The position numbers and the translations under genes were made by a program. Of a DNA stretch of 64,000 bases, positions 13,970 to 28,449 are shown in pieces. Origin of the DNA: Octopus vulgaris (Eukaryota); the NCBI GenBank assembly GCA_951406725.2, contig OX597815.1:121892001-121956000 (forward strand), given 5' to 3'. The notes beneath the pieces were generated by a model, which had not been told where the DNA came from, made no database searches, and saw only the letters and a program-made list of their open reading frames with translations. Within the stretch, counting starts at the first letter, position 1. Each line of letters begins with the position of its first letter.

Positions 13970-14627
13970 ATATATATATATACATTATATATCAGTATAC
14001 AAGGAATCCAAGTGTAGGAAGTTTGTAAGCTTCAAGCTGTCCAAGGCAGGCATAGAAAACAAAGCGAACAGTGTATGGTCAGAAATGATAATTTATTGGC
14101 TGAAAGTTTCTGTATAGCTCATGGTTAGCAACAAGAGTTGCTACAAATGCAAATGAAAATCCATATTGAGGGAGCAGAATGAGTAAAATGCTGGCTGCAT
14201 ATGTTTCTGAGCTAGCTGATCCTCTGACATAATTATTACTCAAAAGGTTAAGCTTCCAATGAGTTTCCATTTATTTTATGGACAATAAAAAGAGAAAGTT
14301 AAAGAATGAGAGAAAACTGGAGGTTTTATCACTGAAAAGTTGATGCTGCTATTGTTTATGCTGCTATTGTTTATGCCTTGATTACATGAACCTATGATCA
14401 AAGGCATTAGAGTCATTACCATGCTGTCTTTTTATGTTCATCAAGGTGTGAACTGAGAAATACTTGGCTGCTATTTTTAGCAGATCAGCAATGATTTGAT
14501 CATGGGGCTGAACAACAACAAACTATTAAAAAAAAAGCTACAAACAGTTCAACAAACTAACAACAGTACATTTACAGGCAGTTTAGATATATGTTGATAC
14601 AATTGTCAACAGAGAAGCAGAAAGTGA

Positions 14628-14658
<31 letters not shown>

Positions 14659-15024
14659 ATGTGTCAGAAAGAGAAAAAAGCATAAAAGAGAGCTTGGACC
14701 AAGAATCATAATTTATTACTAAGTACATACACAACGACAAACACATTTCCACACTAACACATGTATACATGCCTTGTCATCACCATAGCAACACCAACCA
14801 GTTTCACATTCACACCAGTACTGGATTGTATCATCTGATGTCACTAAGGTGTTAATAGCAATCACAGACCATACAATTAAGTTATTTTCATAAATAGTTG
14901 ATATTCACTGCCAATGTTTGCTATTAAAAAAAAGAAAGGAATTAGCATAACATATTACTGAAAGAAGAGATACAATGCTGAAAATACTAGATAAATCAAT
15001 GATTAGTATCTAGGAGATTTATAT

Positions 15025-15253
15025 GTGAGCTAGCAGAATTGTTAGCATGTCGCACGAAATGCTTAGCGGTATTTCATCTGCCATTACATTCTGAGTTCAA
15101 ATTCCGCCGAGGTCAACTCTGCCTTTCATCCTTTCGGCATCAATTAAATAAGTATCAGTTATGCACTGGGGTCGATGTAATCGACTTAATCCCTTTGTCT
15201 GTCTTTGTTTGTCCCCTCTGTGTTTAGCCCCCAGTAGGCAATAAAGAAATAAG
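15025..15253 (+). mobile_element. SINE family B (~230 bp)
   Basis: gagctagcagaattgttagc...ttctgagttcaaattccgccgaggtcaac..gcctttcatcctttc..cactggggtcgatgtaatcgac; many copies. Confidence 0.88.
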
Positions 15254-18200
15254 ATATACAATATATGTGTCAAATATATTAAAATTAGTTTTAACTTGCA
15301 AGCAAAAATGCACTTTCCCAGTTTACAATCCAAATTCAGTGAAAATATAATTTAGCAGAGATGGAAAATTCAACACAAGATCCATTCCTAGTTATGATGG
15401 CATGTGTTCCTCAATGCCCCCCTGAGAACTATGCCAATAGAGTGCAAGCTCCAAGTAGGGCCTCCCATGCTAGGCAGATTAAAGTTTGGAGCCCAGACTT
15501 ATAATGGCCACCTCTTCCCGGAGATAAAACGGGTTTGCATAAGGTCAACAGCCTTACTTAGAAAAAGCACTTATAGAAGCATCAAAGGCAATTCAAAAAC
15601 CAACAAAACCTGGGAGAGGAGAGTCCAGAGTAAAGAAGAGTGAAGAATAGTCATCAATGGCCTATGCTCCATAAGAAGAGACAAAATGTACAGATGCCAA
15701 TCAAGTCTCTGTGTGTATGCATGTGTCTGTGTGCAAGTCTGTGTCTATGTTTGCATTAGTTTAAAAGTGTGTTATGCTGTACCCCTTTATGTCTTATAAC
15801 CTAGTGGTTCAACAAATACAGATTGATAAAATAACCCCTAGACTGAAATAAATTGTGAGATCAATATGATTAACCAAACCTCTGAAGATAATATCCTAGA
15901 ATAAATTGCAATCCAATGAATGAATCCAATATGAAAGCACACCTGAAGGCATATACTTAAGATTACTGCCATAATTTTTACATTGGCTAGATTCCAAAAC
16001 TTGGAATATTAATTTTAATTTCTTCAGCAATCTTATTCTAGATATTCAAGAGCCAATCATAAGTGTCATGTATACTTATTAAATTCTAGCTTTGGTCCTT
16101 GGAAGAAGAATAAATAAACGTTATAAACTTTGAGGCAGATACAATGCTCAATTCTTTAATGATTTAATATTGCTGCTGAAGATATCAAATTCAAATACCA
16201 GGTAGTCACTAAAGAAATAGAAATATTCAAAGATTTTTGGTTTCATATATGTACAAGGATTAGTCTTCTTGGCATTCAACACTCATCATCATTAACATCT
16301 ACTTTTCCATGCTTGCATGGGTAGGACATAATTTGTTGAGGCGGATTTTCTATGGCTGGATGCCCTTCTTGTCACCAATGCTCCAAGCAAGGTAATATTT
16401 CCCCATGGCCAGATATGTTTTCCATGAAAGACTGGAAACAAAGAACAACACTTTTATCATGGTGATGCTTTTTTGCAAGCATAACATGTCAAGACATCAC
16501 ACACATATCTACATGATGAGCTTCTTTCAGTTTCCAACTACCAAATTCACTCACAAGCCCTTGGACAGGCTGGGACTATAGTAGAAGACTTTTATTCAAG
16601 GTGCTGTGCATTAGCTGGGAAGCAAGCTTCTTAGCTACACTACTACACCTAAGTGAACACTCAAAGATCCCCAACTGTCAACAGTGACAAAGCAAAAACG
16701 TTAGGACTGACAGGGGAATGAGGATGGATGGTATGTCAAATAAGAATCATTGAAGGGAATTCAAGCTCTGCTGACTCTCATGAACAAGAGAAATAAAAAA
16801 AAAGTAAATTTCAATAACACTCTGAATTATATGGAGAAAAAAATGAATACATAAACAAAAATAAATTCAACAATATTCAATTAATTCAGTTATTGTCAGC
16901 AAGAAAAATGTATTAACTAAAGCATGCTTATATGAACTGAAGATAATAGATTAATGTATTCCTACAAGAAAAAAAATAAATAAATAAAAAACTTAAAAGG
17001 TCTTTTCCAAAGAAAACTATTTATATAAGAAAAAAAAAAAAATGAAAATATATTGCTTTCTTATATTTCTTATTTTTCGTATTTTCAGACTATATGAACC
17101 AAAACATTTTAATAGCAATAAGAATACCGAATAGATTTAACAGATATAAAAAAAAAAAAAATGCTTTTCATTTTGCTTAATAAAATAGATTTCATAAAGC
17201 TGGTAATAAAAGAAGCAATTTACATATAATATCAAAAGTGTCTGGCGAATGATTTTTCTTAAATCTTATTACAATCAAATAGAAACTTTTAAGTGTCCTT
17301 AAACATATTCGATAAGTTTATTTTCTGCTAAAATATTATGGAAAACTACTTTTAGTCCAATTATTTATGACATTTTTGATGCAGACAAAAAGATTGCTGC
17401 TATTTTAAAACTACATAATTTGAATTAAAAAACAAAAACAAAAAAATCTGCAAAATATGTTTTTCAAAGGAAATAAAATAAAAAAACCTTTACAAAAAGG
17501 TTTTATCTTGATATATTTTTACAAACAACATATATTTATAATTCTTTTCTATATCCATTATTATGTCTGTTGACTTGATAACAAAGATATTTTTAAAATA
17601 TATTGAAATGTCATTAATTTTATCAATTATTATTTGTTTGCTTGTTTGTTTATTTCTTGCAAGAAAATATTTAAAAACTTTTTTTCTGAATCAATTTGTT
17701 GGATTAATTTGATTAATAGTTGTTTATTATTCCCTTATATAATTATAAAATTCAGACATTGTAAATGATAATGAGATAAAACTGTGCTCTAAAGTAATTT
17801 TGTATAAAAAAAAAAAAATCAATGTTTCCAATCTATGTTAAAATAAAAAAGAAATAATTAGATAAAAAAAATTATAACATTTGCCTCTTATTTATTTATT
17901 TTTTATTAACTCATATACTTCACTAGGTCGGTCTATCAGTTTACCATTTTTGTGCTAGTAAAAAGAGCTGATCTTTTCAAATACATATATGACTTTCCTT
18001 TGTCTATTAAGATTCCAGTACATTACAGAATTTCAATCAGCATCTTTTGTTCCTTTTTATCTTGTAAAAAATTATTTGTCTTCCTTGGTGCAAAAACAGT
18101 AGATTTCATCTCTGAAAGCTTAAAATAGAATCTTTCAATAATACTTAATAGCATGATTATGGTTGTGGCATTGCAGAATCTCCAAGAACAAATATTTGAC

Positions 18201-19028
18201 AACTTCAACTAAGTTTTCAGGAGAAGACTAGTATGCTTGTGGGTAAATAGTTTTCATATCCTTTTAATAATGATAGATAATTAGTGTACACAACCCAACC
18301 AGCTCTTTCGTTGCATACAAAAGCCAGAGATAAACTACTTGTGAGATATTTATAGAGAGATAAACTACTTGTGAAAATACTTTGTAGGCAAATTATTGGA
18401 ATTCTTCAGATGAAAAGAAACTGAATGAGTATTTGACAAATAACTTGCAGCTAATGAAATAGAAATCTCACTGTAACGTGTTTTCTAAAGAAAATAATTC
18501 TGTTATGTCACCATGTGTGGGTGTGTTTGCAATCAGAGTAAGAATGGAATGTCTATGCAGTAGTATTGGGGTTGTAGTGCTTGTAGTTAGTGTATGCTGC
18601 CTCTACTTGCTACTCTCTGCTTTCAGCTACCAGATAGTCCATTTTGTGGGGATGAAAAGACAAGCTGAGTGCATGTCTCCTTCTGCATCATGGCAGCCAC
18701 TCTCAACATTTCTGCAGGGTCTCCTCGTGGCCACACATGGTAACTAGGTACCTTGTGATACCAAATCAAACTAAGTGATCACAGAGCAGCAGAGTGCCCA
18801 AGAGATTAGGTGCATAGTCTCACTGGTGTGTAGATACCACATTACTTAAAACTGCCACAGCTGAGTGTTAAGCACCCAGCCATTAAGGGCATTCTATTTA
18901 GAAGTTCACTTGTAACAAAAACCACAGGTGCTGCTTACACTTGGTTCCATATCACATCATTTGGGAAGGTTTTGAGTAAAGGGCAAATAAAGTCTAGTTA
19001 TGTTTCATAAAAAAAATAGCTTATTTAC

Positions 19029-20077
<1,049 letters not shown>

Positions 20078-20599
20078 GACAAAATTGCAGAGTACAACAT
20101 ACACATGATCACAGAAACATAAATTTGCAAGGTAAATACAAGGATTTCACCTTGGCACACTGCTTCATGAAGGCCACTACTAATTCTCACTGCATACACA
20201 ACCATGTGCTGCCATCTGTTGGTAGACTACAGAACTAGTCCGGGAACTTTTTTGATGTTGTGGCATCATATGTTTTACATGCTGGCACATAGGAATATAT
20301 ATGGTGACTACCAATTTGTGTCAGGCATATTATTATGGTATGCCATTAATAAACTATGATACTCTGTTGTGGCAGACACCTAAAATTTTGAAATTAATCA
20401 TTTGCCACTGTCATGGACTTTATGAAATTATCTTAAATATAATTTGCAACTCTGATAATCAACTAGCTACACTGAACTGGAGTTTAATTATTGCATAAAT
20501 TTTGATAATGTTCAAGAAGCACAGTCATAACAAGTACAATTTAACTCAAAACTGTTTCTACATGACACAAACCCTGAGCTAGTTGAGCCAAAATTTTCT

Positions 20600-20900
20600 G
20601 CATTATGTAGAATCAATGAATCAAAGTAAAAGATGACCTTGTATCCTATAATTATTCAAGTTTGCTCATTTGAAGGTAAGAAGTGTGCTGTTGAAAAAAC
20701 GACCAAGCTCAATGACAAAAATATTTAACACCACTAGCAGGGACTTTCATCAAAGAAAATCTAGTAAACAATGAAAGAAAGTATTATTAAAAATGCAACA
20801 ATTGTGCATCATCACATCCTTCTAGGTTGTATCCTGTGTATGGAAAGAAATGCTTTAATTGTGTAAATGCAGATCATTTCAGTAAATTCCACAGCTCAGA
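20600..20900 (+). pseudogene. Gypsy-type LTR retrotransposon gag remnant (zinc-knuckle region)
   Basis: 20791-20892 translates KCNNCASSHPSRLYPVYGKKCFNCVNADHFSKF, matching the CxxC..H..CPA.GK.CxxC...HF..C double-knuckle pattern of Mag-like Gag. Confidence 0.55.
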
Positions 20901-22534
20901 ACTTCTGTATTTTACTAAATATTTCCACAATGCTAATGTTGAGGGTATGAGGCCTAAACAGTTTGAAGATGAAGACACTGAAGGTGTATACAACTGATAT
21001 GAGTTGCAACAGGTTAATTGTTAATTTTAACTTGAATAGATATTAGTTCAACTGCAACTGCAGCATGCTCTATCATTCTGGTTTCATTGTTAAAATTACC
21101 ATTTGTCATCAAACCAAACTGATTTATTTCTTATAGTTCATAACTAGAAACAGCTTGCATCATTAGAACAAATAACTACTAAATATCCTTCCCTAAGTAC
21201 ATTTGCTAATGATATGATCAATTCATTGAGTTGACATCACCAGCTTCTCCTCCATTAGAATTGTCACTTGATATGTGATTCCCAGCAGTAATGTTTCCAA
21301 CAGATCAACATCATCAATTTTTCCCACTACTACTGCTGTTGTTATTAATACTCAATCTCCAGCACCTCCCATATTGCCAACACTACTAAATCATGGTCAG
21401 CCTCACAGCCTTAATGAGTAATATGACACTATCATGTAGGAGCTGCAAAATCATAAAGGGAATGCAGAAGCCACTAATATATAATGACTACAACAATTAA
21501 TCATTCACTGTTGGAGCCATGTTATATTCATAGTATTCTAGTATTGATATGTAAATGTATCCAGTCAACATCTGCATATTGTTTTTATTTAATCATCTTT
21601 ATGCTGATGTTGTGCTATTGATTGCATTTTGCTTGATTGCTCATGGGCAGGACTGTTCAAATTGAGAAACAGTTTGGTGTAAGGAACATTTTTGTTGGTG
21701 TACTACATGGTGAGCAACAATACTTATAACAGACATCTCAAGTTTTGAATTTACTCAGTCATGGACATAAGAATTATCAGAAATACACTTTATTCTCAGT
21801 TACCTTGGCAAAAACTGGTTAAAATATACTTTGCCAAAGAGATCTAATAAGATTAAAATATGTTTGCTTGATAAAGACCAACCTCACTCTCCATAGCATA
21901 CCCCCAATTGTTTATTTTGAATTTTGAAGTTATCATTTCTGGACAGGAATTAATCATTAATGCTAATGACATCTTGGTTTCCTTCCCTACAGGTGTTATA
22001 TTAATTATTTAAAATGTTTTCAATTATATTAAGTATAGCCAAAAACTTAACTATGTGTTCTTCACACAGAAGGTATCCATGGGAAATTTCTGCCAGTTAT
22101 TAAAATCTACAAACTAATGTCAGAATTCAGTTTTGTAATTTAATTATAAAATTCATAGTTATAAAATTGCAAATATTAAATTTTAAATGATAATGTAATA
22201 ACACTTTTATGAAGAAAATGGAATTTATAAATGTGTGATCTTCTGACATGTCTAGCAAGGTAGTAATTCCAAAAAAGAACCGATTGTGATGATCCATTCA
22301 ACCCATGGAAAGTGAAGCTTCCCAGTTACATAGCTCTCAGCTCAGGCCCACTGTGTGACACCTTGGGCAAAAGTCTTCTGTAGTGTCTGGCTGACCAAAG
22401 CCTTGTGAGTGGATTGTGAGTAGATTAGATAAATAGAACCTGAAAGGAGCCTGTCATATGTATATGTATGCATGTGTGTGTGTTTATATATATATATATG
22501 GCATTCTGCTGGTTATGACAACGGGTACCATTGA

Positions 22535-22770
22535 AGGCGCATGAAGGCATGTGGATTAGTGGTTAGAGTATTTGGCTCACAATCATAAGATTTTGAGTTT
22601 AATTCCCAGCGATGCACTGTGCCCTTGAGCAAGACACTTTATTTTGCATTGCTCCACCCCACTCAACTGGCAAAAATGAGTAGCACCTGCAATTCAAAGG
22701 GCCAGCTTTGATACATTGTGTCCCACTGAATTTCCCTGAGAACTATGTTAAAGGTACACATGTCTGTGGA
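22535..22770 (+). mobile_element. Older family-C-related SINE
   Basis: tRNA-like head plus ccctgagaactatgttaaaggtacacatgtctgtgga shared with 47170-47205. Confidence 0.7.
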
Positions 22771-23499
22771 TGAAAAATTAAAGAAAAGAAAAGGATAGTA
22801 TTCTACTTTCATAGCCACATGTAGACTTTTTTGTTGTTTATCATCAGGTCAGCCTGGTCAAGTAAAGTGTGATCAAAGATAGTCCAGCCATGACCATCCC
22901 ATCTTTTTAAAGACATGTAAAAATACATGTTATCTAATGAAGTATCACAACATTTTAGGAGATTAAAGCAGACATGTGGTGGTGATGATAATAAGGTTTC
23001 TTCTCTCACAGAGAATTGACATTCCCACTTAAAAGTCAGTGTGAGCAAAACCACAAGGTGGTGCGAGTGGGTATTTTTCCTTTTTTCTAGAACAAAAAAG
23101 TGTGTCCACACTTAATATGAAGTATAATTATTAATTACACTATGTTAAGCAATTAACATTTTATGCACATTTTAAATACTGGAAAGCACATTAATTTCTT
23201 TTGTGCACAAGGTGTAAATTGCATATATGCAAACACACACACACACACAGAAAAGTCATGAGATGTATTCCCCAACCAAACATATAGTTTTAAATAGTTA
23301 ATATTAAATTTTATCTCACAAGTTAATGCATATAATTAACTACTTTTTATTATTTTATTTTTAAATGAGTTTGCCTTTTATCTTATTTAACCTTATCATT
23401 ACTGTTAGGTTTTAGCTTTAATGATGAAAAGGTTAAATAAGATAATGAATTCTCAGTTATCTCTGCTCTATTTGTAATTATACCTAATAACTACTAGAT

Positions 23500-23815
23500 T
23501 CATCATCATCATCGTTTAACATCCGACTTCCATGCTGGCATGGGTGGAATGGTTTGACAAGAATCGACCCGACAGAAGCCTGCACCAGACTTCTGTAACT
23601 GTTTGGGCAGGATTTTTACAGCTGGATGCCCTTCCTAACACCAACCACTCATCAGAATGGACTTAGCGCTTTTTACGTGGTACATGCACAGGCATGGTCA
23701 GTTTTGGCAAGGTTTTTACAGCTGGATGCCCTTCTAAACACCAACCACTTTACAGTGTGGACTTGGTGTCTTTAAGTAGCACCTGCACTGACAGGGTCAC
23801 CGAGTACTTGCAACA
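23500..23815 (-). mobile_element. RTE 3'-end copy with internal duplication
   Basis: (cat)n tail; tttttacagctggatgcccttc occurs twice. Confidence 0.75.
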
Positions 23816-24982
23816 CAAGAAGCTTTTATTGCTTATTTACTGTTGCTTAACAGGTACATTCTGTGCAAGAATTCATGGGAAGAACTGTTTATAATAAAAT
23901 TTTTAGGTCATTTTTGTATTTTGTTTGCATGATTCTTTAAGTGAATTCGTGTGTTGAAAATTTTCTTGTGTCTAGCAACGAAAGAGCTTTGACAAAAAAA
24001 AAAGACTTACTATTTAACCAAGTTTAACAAACAGCCAATTAGTTAGATATTTAACCAATTGACTGATGATAAAGGAGTGGACCTGAACCAGCGTGTGTGT
24101 TATTGACATAATGAACTCCCTAGGCAACAAAATTTTTTAGGTCTACTTCATGAAAAAAAAAAGAAATCATTTTAATTCTACTTTATTTTTTTGATTTACA
24201 AATTAGATTAAAAAGCTAAGTACAATGTTTTGTGACTTCCCATAGTGTCTTCACATATTACCAAAACAACAATATTTAAAAGTCAGGAAATCTTCAGCAT
24301 GAGTGGCCTCTTGCCTTCAAGAACTTCACAGAATACAATGCTGATTTGCATTTAACATCAGTAAATCCTTTAACTGTGTCTGTTAGATGGAATTCTACCT
24401 GAACTTGCTCCACCACAGTATGTAATCAAGGGTGCTACTTGATCTAGTGATTGATGACATTCTATAAGACTTAAATGAAAACCTCACATTTGTATTTAAG
24501 TAATGTGCTGCTTCAGTTTAAGAGCTTGTTATACTTAAAAATACTCTAGACTACATCTTGATCAGACAGATTTCCTAACTACCAACACCACAATCACACT
24601 GTTTCTTCTTTCAACGTTTTTTATCTGCTTCTCTAACTCTCGTTCACTCAGGTTTACTACATGTACTGTCTCAATTTCCCAGATCCCAAGCTAAATGTTT
24701 CGTCCAATCAGACAACTGCAGAACTGCAGCACTCTGGAATTCCACACCAATGTGTTCCTACAGATATAGAGACCTACATGTTTAAAATGAACATCAAATG
24801 CATCACCAATCTAGGAAGGGTGGGCAAAAATCATACAAAAAGTAAAAAACATAGGATTAGGAGTTGTTGTTAGCTGAAACCCTTTAACATTTGCTATGCT
24901 ACGAAAAAACACAGATACAACACTTTTCATTTATCTTCTAAAATATAATCTTCAGGATTGATCAAAAACCAAACCAATATAT

Positions 24983-25366
24983 TCTTTTATTCTTTTACTT
25001 GTTTCAGCATTTGACAGTAGCCATGCTGGTACACCACCTTTAGTTGAACAAATCCCCCCCACACACACACACACACCTTATTCTTTGTAAACCTAGTACT
25101 TATTCTATCGGTCTCTTTTGCCAAACCACTAAGTTACAGGGACATAAACACACCAACATTGGTTGTCAAGTGGTGGCGAGGAGACAAACACAGTCACACA
25201 AATACATACATATATATATGATGGGCTTCTTTGAGTTTCTGCCTACCAAATCCACACACAAGGCTTTGGTCAGCCCAAAGCTATAGCAGAAAACACTTGC
25301 CCAAGGTGCCAGGTAGTGGGACTGAACGCGGAACCATGTGGCTGGGACACAACCACTCCTGTGCCT
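24983..25366 (-). mobile_element. SINE family A
   Basis: Reverse complement of the family A consensus. Confidence 0.85.
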
Positions 25367-25689
25367 ATGTGAAGAATCTGAAGCCTACTATGGTTTTAAC
25401 AGCTCTTTTACTTTTTAATTAAGCAAACTGAGCATCTAACATTAAAAATAATAAAGTTAAAAACTTGTGGCAGGTCCAACTCAATGCTGACTTGCTTCTA
25501 GTCAAACCTGATAAAAGATTTAAGGTAGTTAAGAATGGGAAAGATTAAGTTTAGAAAGGTTAAAAATAACTTTAAGACAGTGAATCCTGTATTGGAAAAA
25601 AATAATTTAAGTATAAGAGCCAGCTAACTGTAAAGTCATTGTGAAAGATATTTAAAGGTTTCTGTTGTTTAATATATTCATATAGAAAT

Positions 25690-27403
25690 TTACAGAAAAA
25701 CAAGACAAAGACAGGTGTACAAACAACAAGCAGGTGTATTAGTTCGATGCTCAGGAAGGTGAGAAAGTATTTTGCGTTTCAAGCCTATGCTCTTCAACAG
25801 AAAGGAACACAAGGAAATAAACAGAGAGAATAAAAAACTTGTGGAGTCAGCGATCAATCATGGCGACTGGTTGGACAAAGGTAGTTAGACTGGAGAGTTA
25901 GGAAGAAGGAGAGATAATAAAATACTGGTGATCACAAAACAAAGGTGCGCATGTATGTATGTGAAAGTGTGTGAGTGTGTGCGTGTGGATAGAGGCTGGT
26001 GACTGACGTGTGGATGTTTGCATGTGTGTGTGCATCTGTAATGTATGGATGTGGATGATGGTGTGGGTGCTGGAGAGTGGTTAGTGCTAGTGTATGCAGA
26101 CTGTTGTGGGGTGGTGGGGTGGCAGTGTTGGGGTGGGGGGTGAGTTTGGGGTGAGATGAGGAATTGGGAGTAGGGTGAGGTATGTGAGAGTGGGACATGG
26201 ATGGAGGGGGTATCAATGAAGGGAGAAAGTAGGTAGGAGTGAAGAGAGGAAGTTAGTGTCAGGGTAAGAGAGGAGAGGTGGGTAAGAGTGAAGAGAGAAA
26301 GTAGGTGTCAGATGAAGTGAGGAGAAGAGGGGAGTCAAATGAAGAAAGGAGTAGAGTTGAGCCCATGTGGTGCAAAGGAACAAAGAGAGAAGATTAAATC
26401 CTGTTCATGGTGAAGGCAGGAGTCTGGATGGCCCCTGTGCTAAGACAATCCGAACACAGAAGTGCAGGGATGATGATGGGTGCCTGTGAGGATGGTAGTT
26501 TTGGAGAGATCAGGGCAAATGCAGCAGCATAGGCAGGAGCAGGGAAACGAGCCAGGTTGGGAGGTAGGGTGGGAAGAAACTATCAACCAGGATGTCACAT
26601 AGGTTGTGGGTTCATTTGAAAGAGGGAAAGGGTAGGTGTGAAGTCATTTGAAAGAGGGAAAGGGATGTGTGAAGTCACTAGAAAGCTCAGAGAATGGTGC
26701 ATTGGAGGGGCAGGGTGGAGGGGTGGTAGGTGAGGGGAAACGGGAGATGGGCAATGGTGGGGTGGGTGGAAGAGCAGCAACATGGTCCATGGAACATGCA
26801 TTGCAAGGGCAGTGTAGATAGTGGTGAGGGGATATCCATGAAGGATGAAGTGGCAAGCCATGAGTTGAGACTGAGTCTCAAAGTCGTGGTTGTCACTGCA
26901 AAGCCTGCACAGACTGAGGAATTGGGAGTAGGGGATGGAGAGCTTGGTATGGGTAAGGTGGGGGAGAAGTCAAGGTATGAGTGTTAGTCGGTGTGTTTGT
27001 AGTGGATGGAGGTAGTGAGAGCGGAGTTGTGTATGTTGACAGAAATGTCAAGAAAGGAAGTGTTGGAAATGGTGCAGGAGAAATCACGGGCAGGTTGGAA
27101 GGACAGGACAAAAGAGAGGAAGGAGTCTAGTTGTTCATGGGAGAGCGAGGTCGCATCAATACATTCATCAATATAACGACCATATAGTTAGGGAGTGGGA
27201 CCAGTGAATCTTGAAAATATTTGGGCCTCAACATAGCCAACAAACAGGTTCGCATAGTTGGAGCCCATTCTGTTCCCATGGCCACTCTCGAGAACTGTTG
27301 GTAAAACTCCCTCATGCACGAGAAGCAGTTGAGGAAGAGAAGAAGTTCAGCCAGACAAAGAAGTGTGGACATGTCAGGTTGTGGGTTGAGTCAAAGATAT
27401 AGG
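25690..27403 (-). mobile_element. Penelope-like retroelement, 5'-truncated and decayed (RT + GIY-YIG C-terminus + 3' terminal region)
   Basis: STLLCLAELLLFLNCFS..EFYQQ..VAMGT / MGSNYANLFVGYVE...LYGRYIDEC (RT) at about 27150-27370; HEQDLIFSLCSFAPHGLN (GIY-YIG end) at about 26355-26409. Confidence 0.85.
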
Positions 27404-28099
27404 GGCTAGGCACAGGTATGACTGTGTGGTAAGAAGTTTGCCTCCCAGCCACATGGTTCTGGGTTTGGTCCCATTGCATGATACCTTGAGCAAGTATTCT
27501 CTACCATAGCTCCAGGCCAAACAAAACCTTGTGAATATCTTTACACATAACCACTTTCTTTAAAAGCAATCCAACCATAATCACCAATCTTTTATTTAGG
27601 GAATGTTCCAACTAGAAATGACCCAGAAGTATTTGCTCTTTGATTACTATCGCAAACAGCAGTAGGTGTCTTCAGCTGAATACAAATCGTAGATTGGTTA
27701 AAATTACCCAAACACAATAATTTTAACACAACATGACTTCTGAAATACAAAATTTTGTCAAAAATGTTGAAAGTAAACCGTGTTCAGTGGGAGAAATTAC
27801 ACCAGTATATGCAATTTCAAACTGTTTAGTTAATAAAAATTTTTTTAATCTGTGAGCCAAACTGAAGAGATCTACCAATTTTGTTACTTTTGAAAGTAAA
27901 ACCTCCCAACTATTTTTTTTAAAGAACACATTGGATAATGTAGCTTGAGGTACACTATGCATGAAAAATAAGACAGGATGATCATAGGTCTGCCAAATCA
28001 GAGCTACCATGGGGCTAAACAATAATAACTAACAGCTACATTCCTCGTCAACAGATAAATTTCACAGGAATATTGAGAAGCAAAATAGTATTTCTTAAT

Positions 28100-28449
28100 A
28101 GGCATGGCTGTGTGGCTAAGAGGCTCGCTTTACAACAATATGGTTTTAGGTTCAGTCCCGCTGGACAGCACCTTCGGCAAATGTCTTCTACTAGGTTGAC
28201 AAATGCCTTGAGTGAACTGAGTGGGTGGAAATTCATGTGAAAGCTTATTGAGTGTGTGTGTGTGTGTGTGTGATCACCACCAACTCTTAACAGCAATGGC
28301 TTGTTTCCATCCACATAACTTAATAGTTTAGTCAAAGAGGCTCAATAGAATCAATGTTACACTTAAAAAATAAGTTCTGGGATGGATCTGTTTGACTAAA
28401 CCTTTCTTGATGGTCACAGTCCAATGACTGAAACAAGTTAAAGATAAAA
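28100..28449 (+). mobile_element. SINE family A, diverged
   Basis: ggcatggctgtgtgg head, internal (TG)n, cagtccaatgactgaaacaag 3' end. Confidence 0.75.

Noticed and set aside
24400-24820. Possible additional Penelope RT remnants (also 50320-50700)
   Set aside because: Too degenerate to recover diagnostic motifs.
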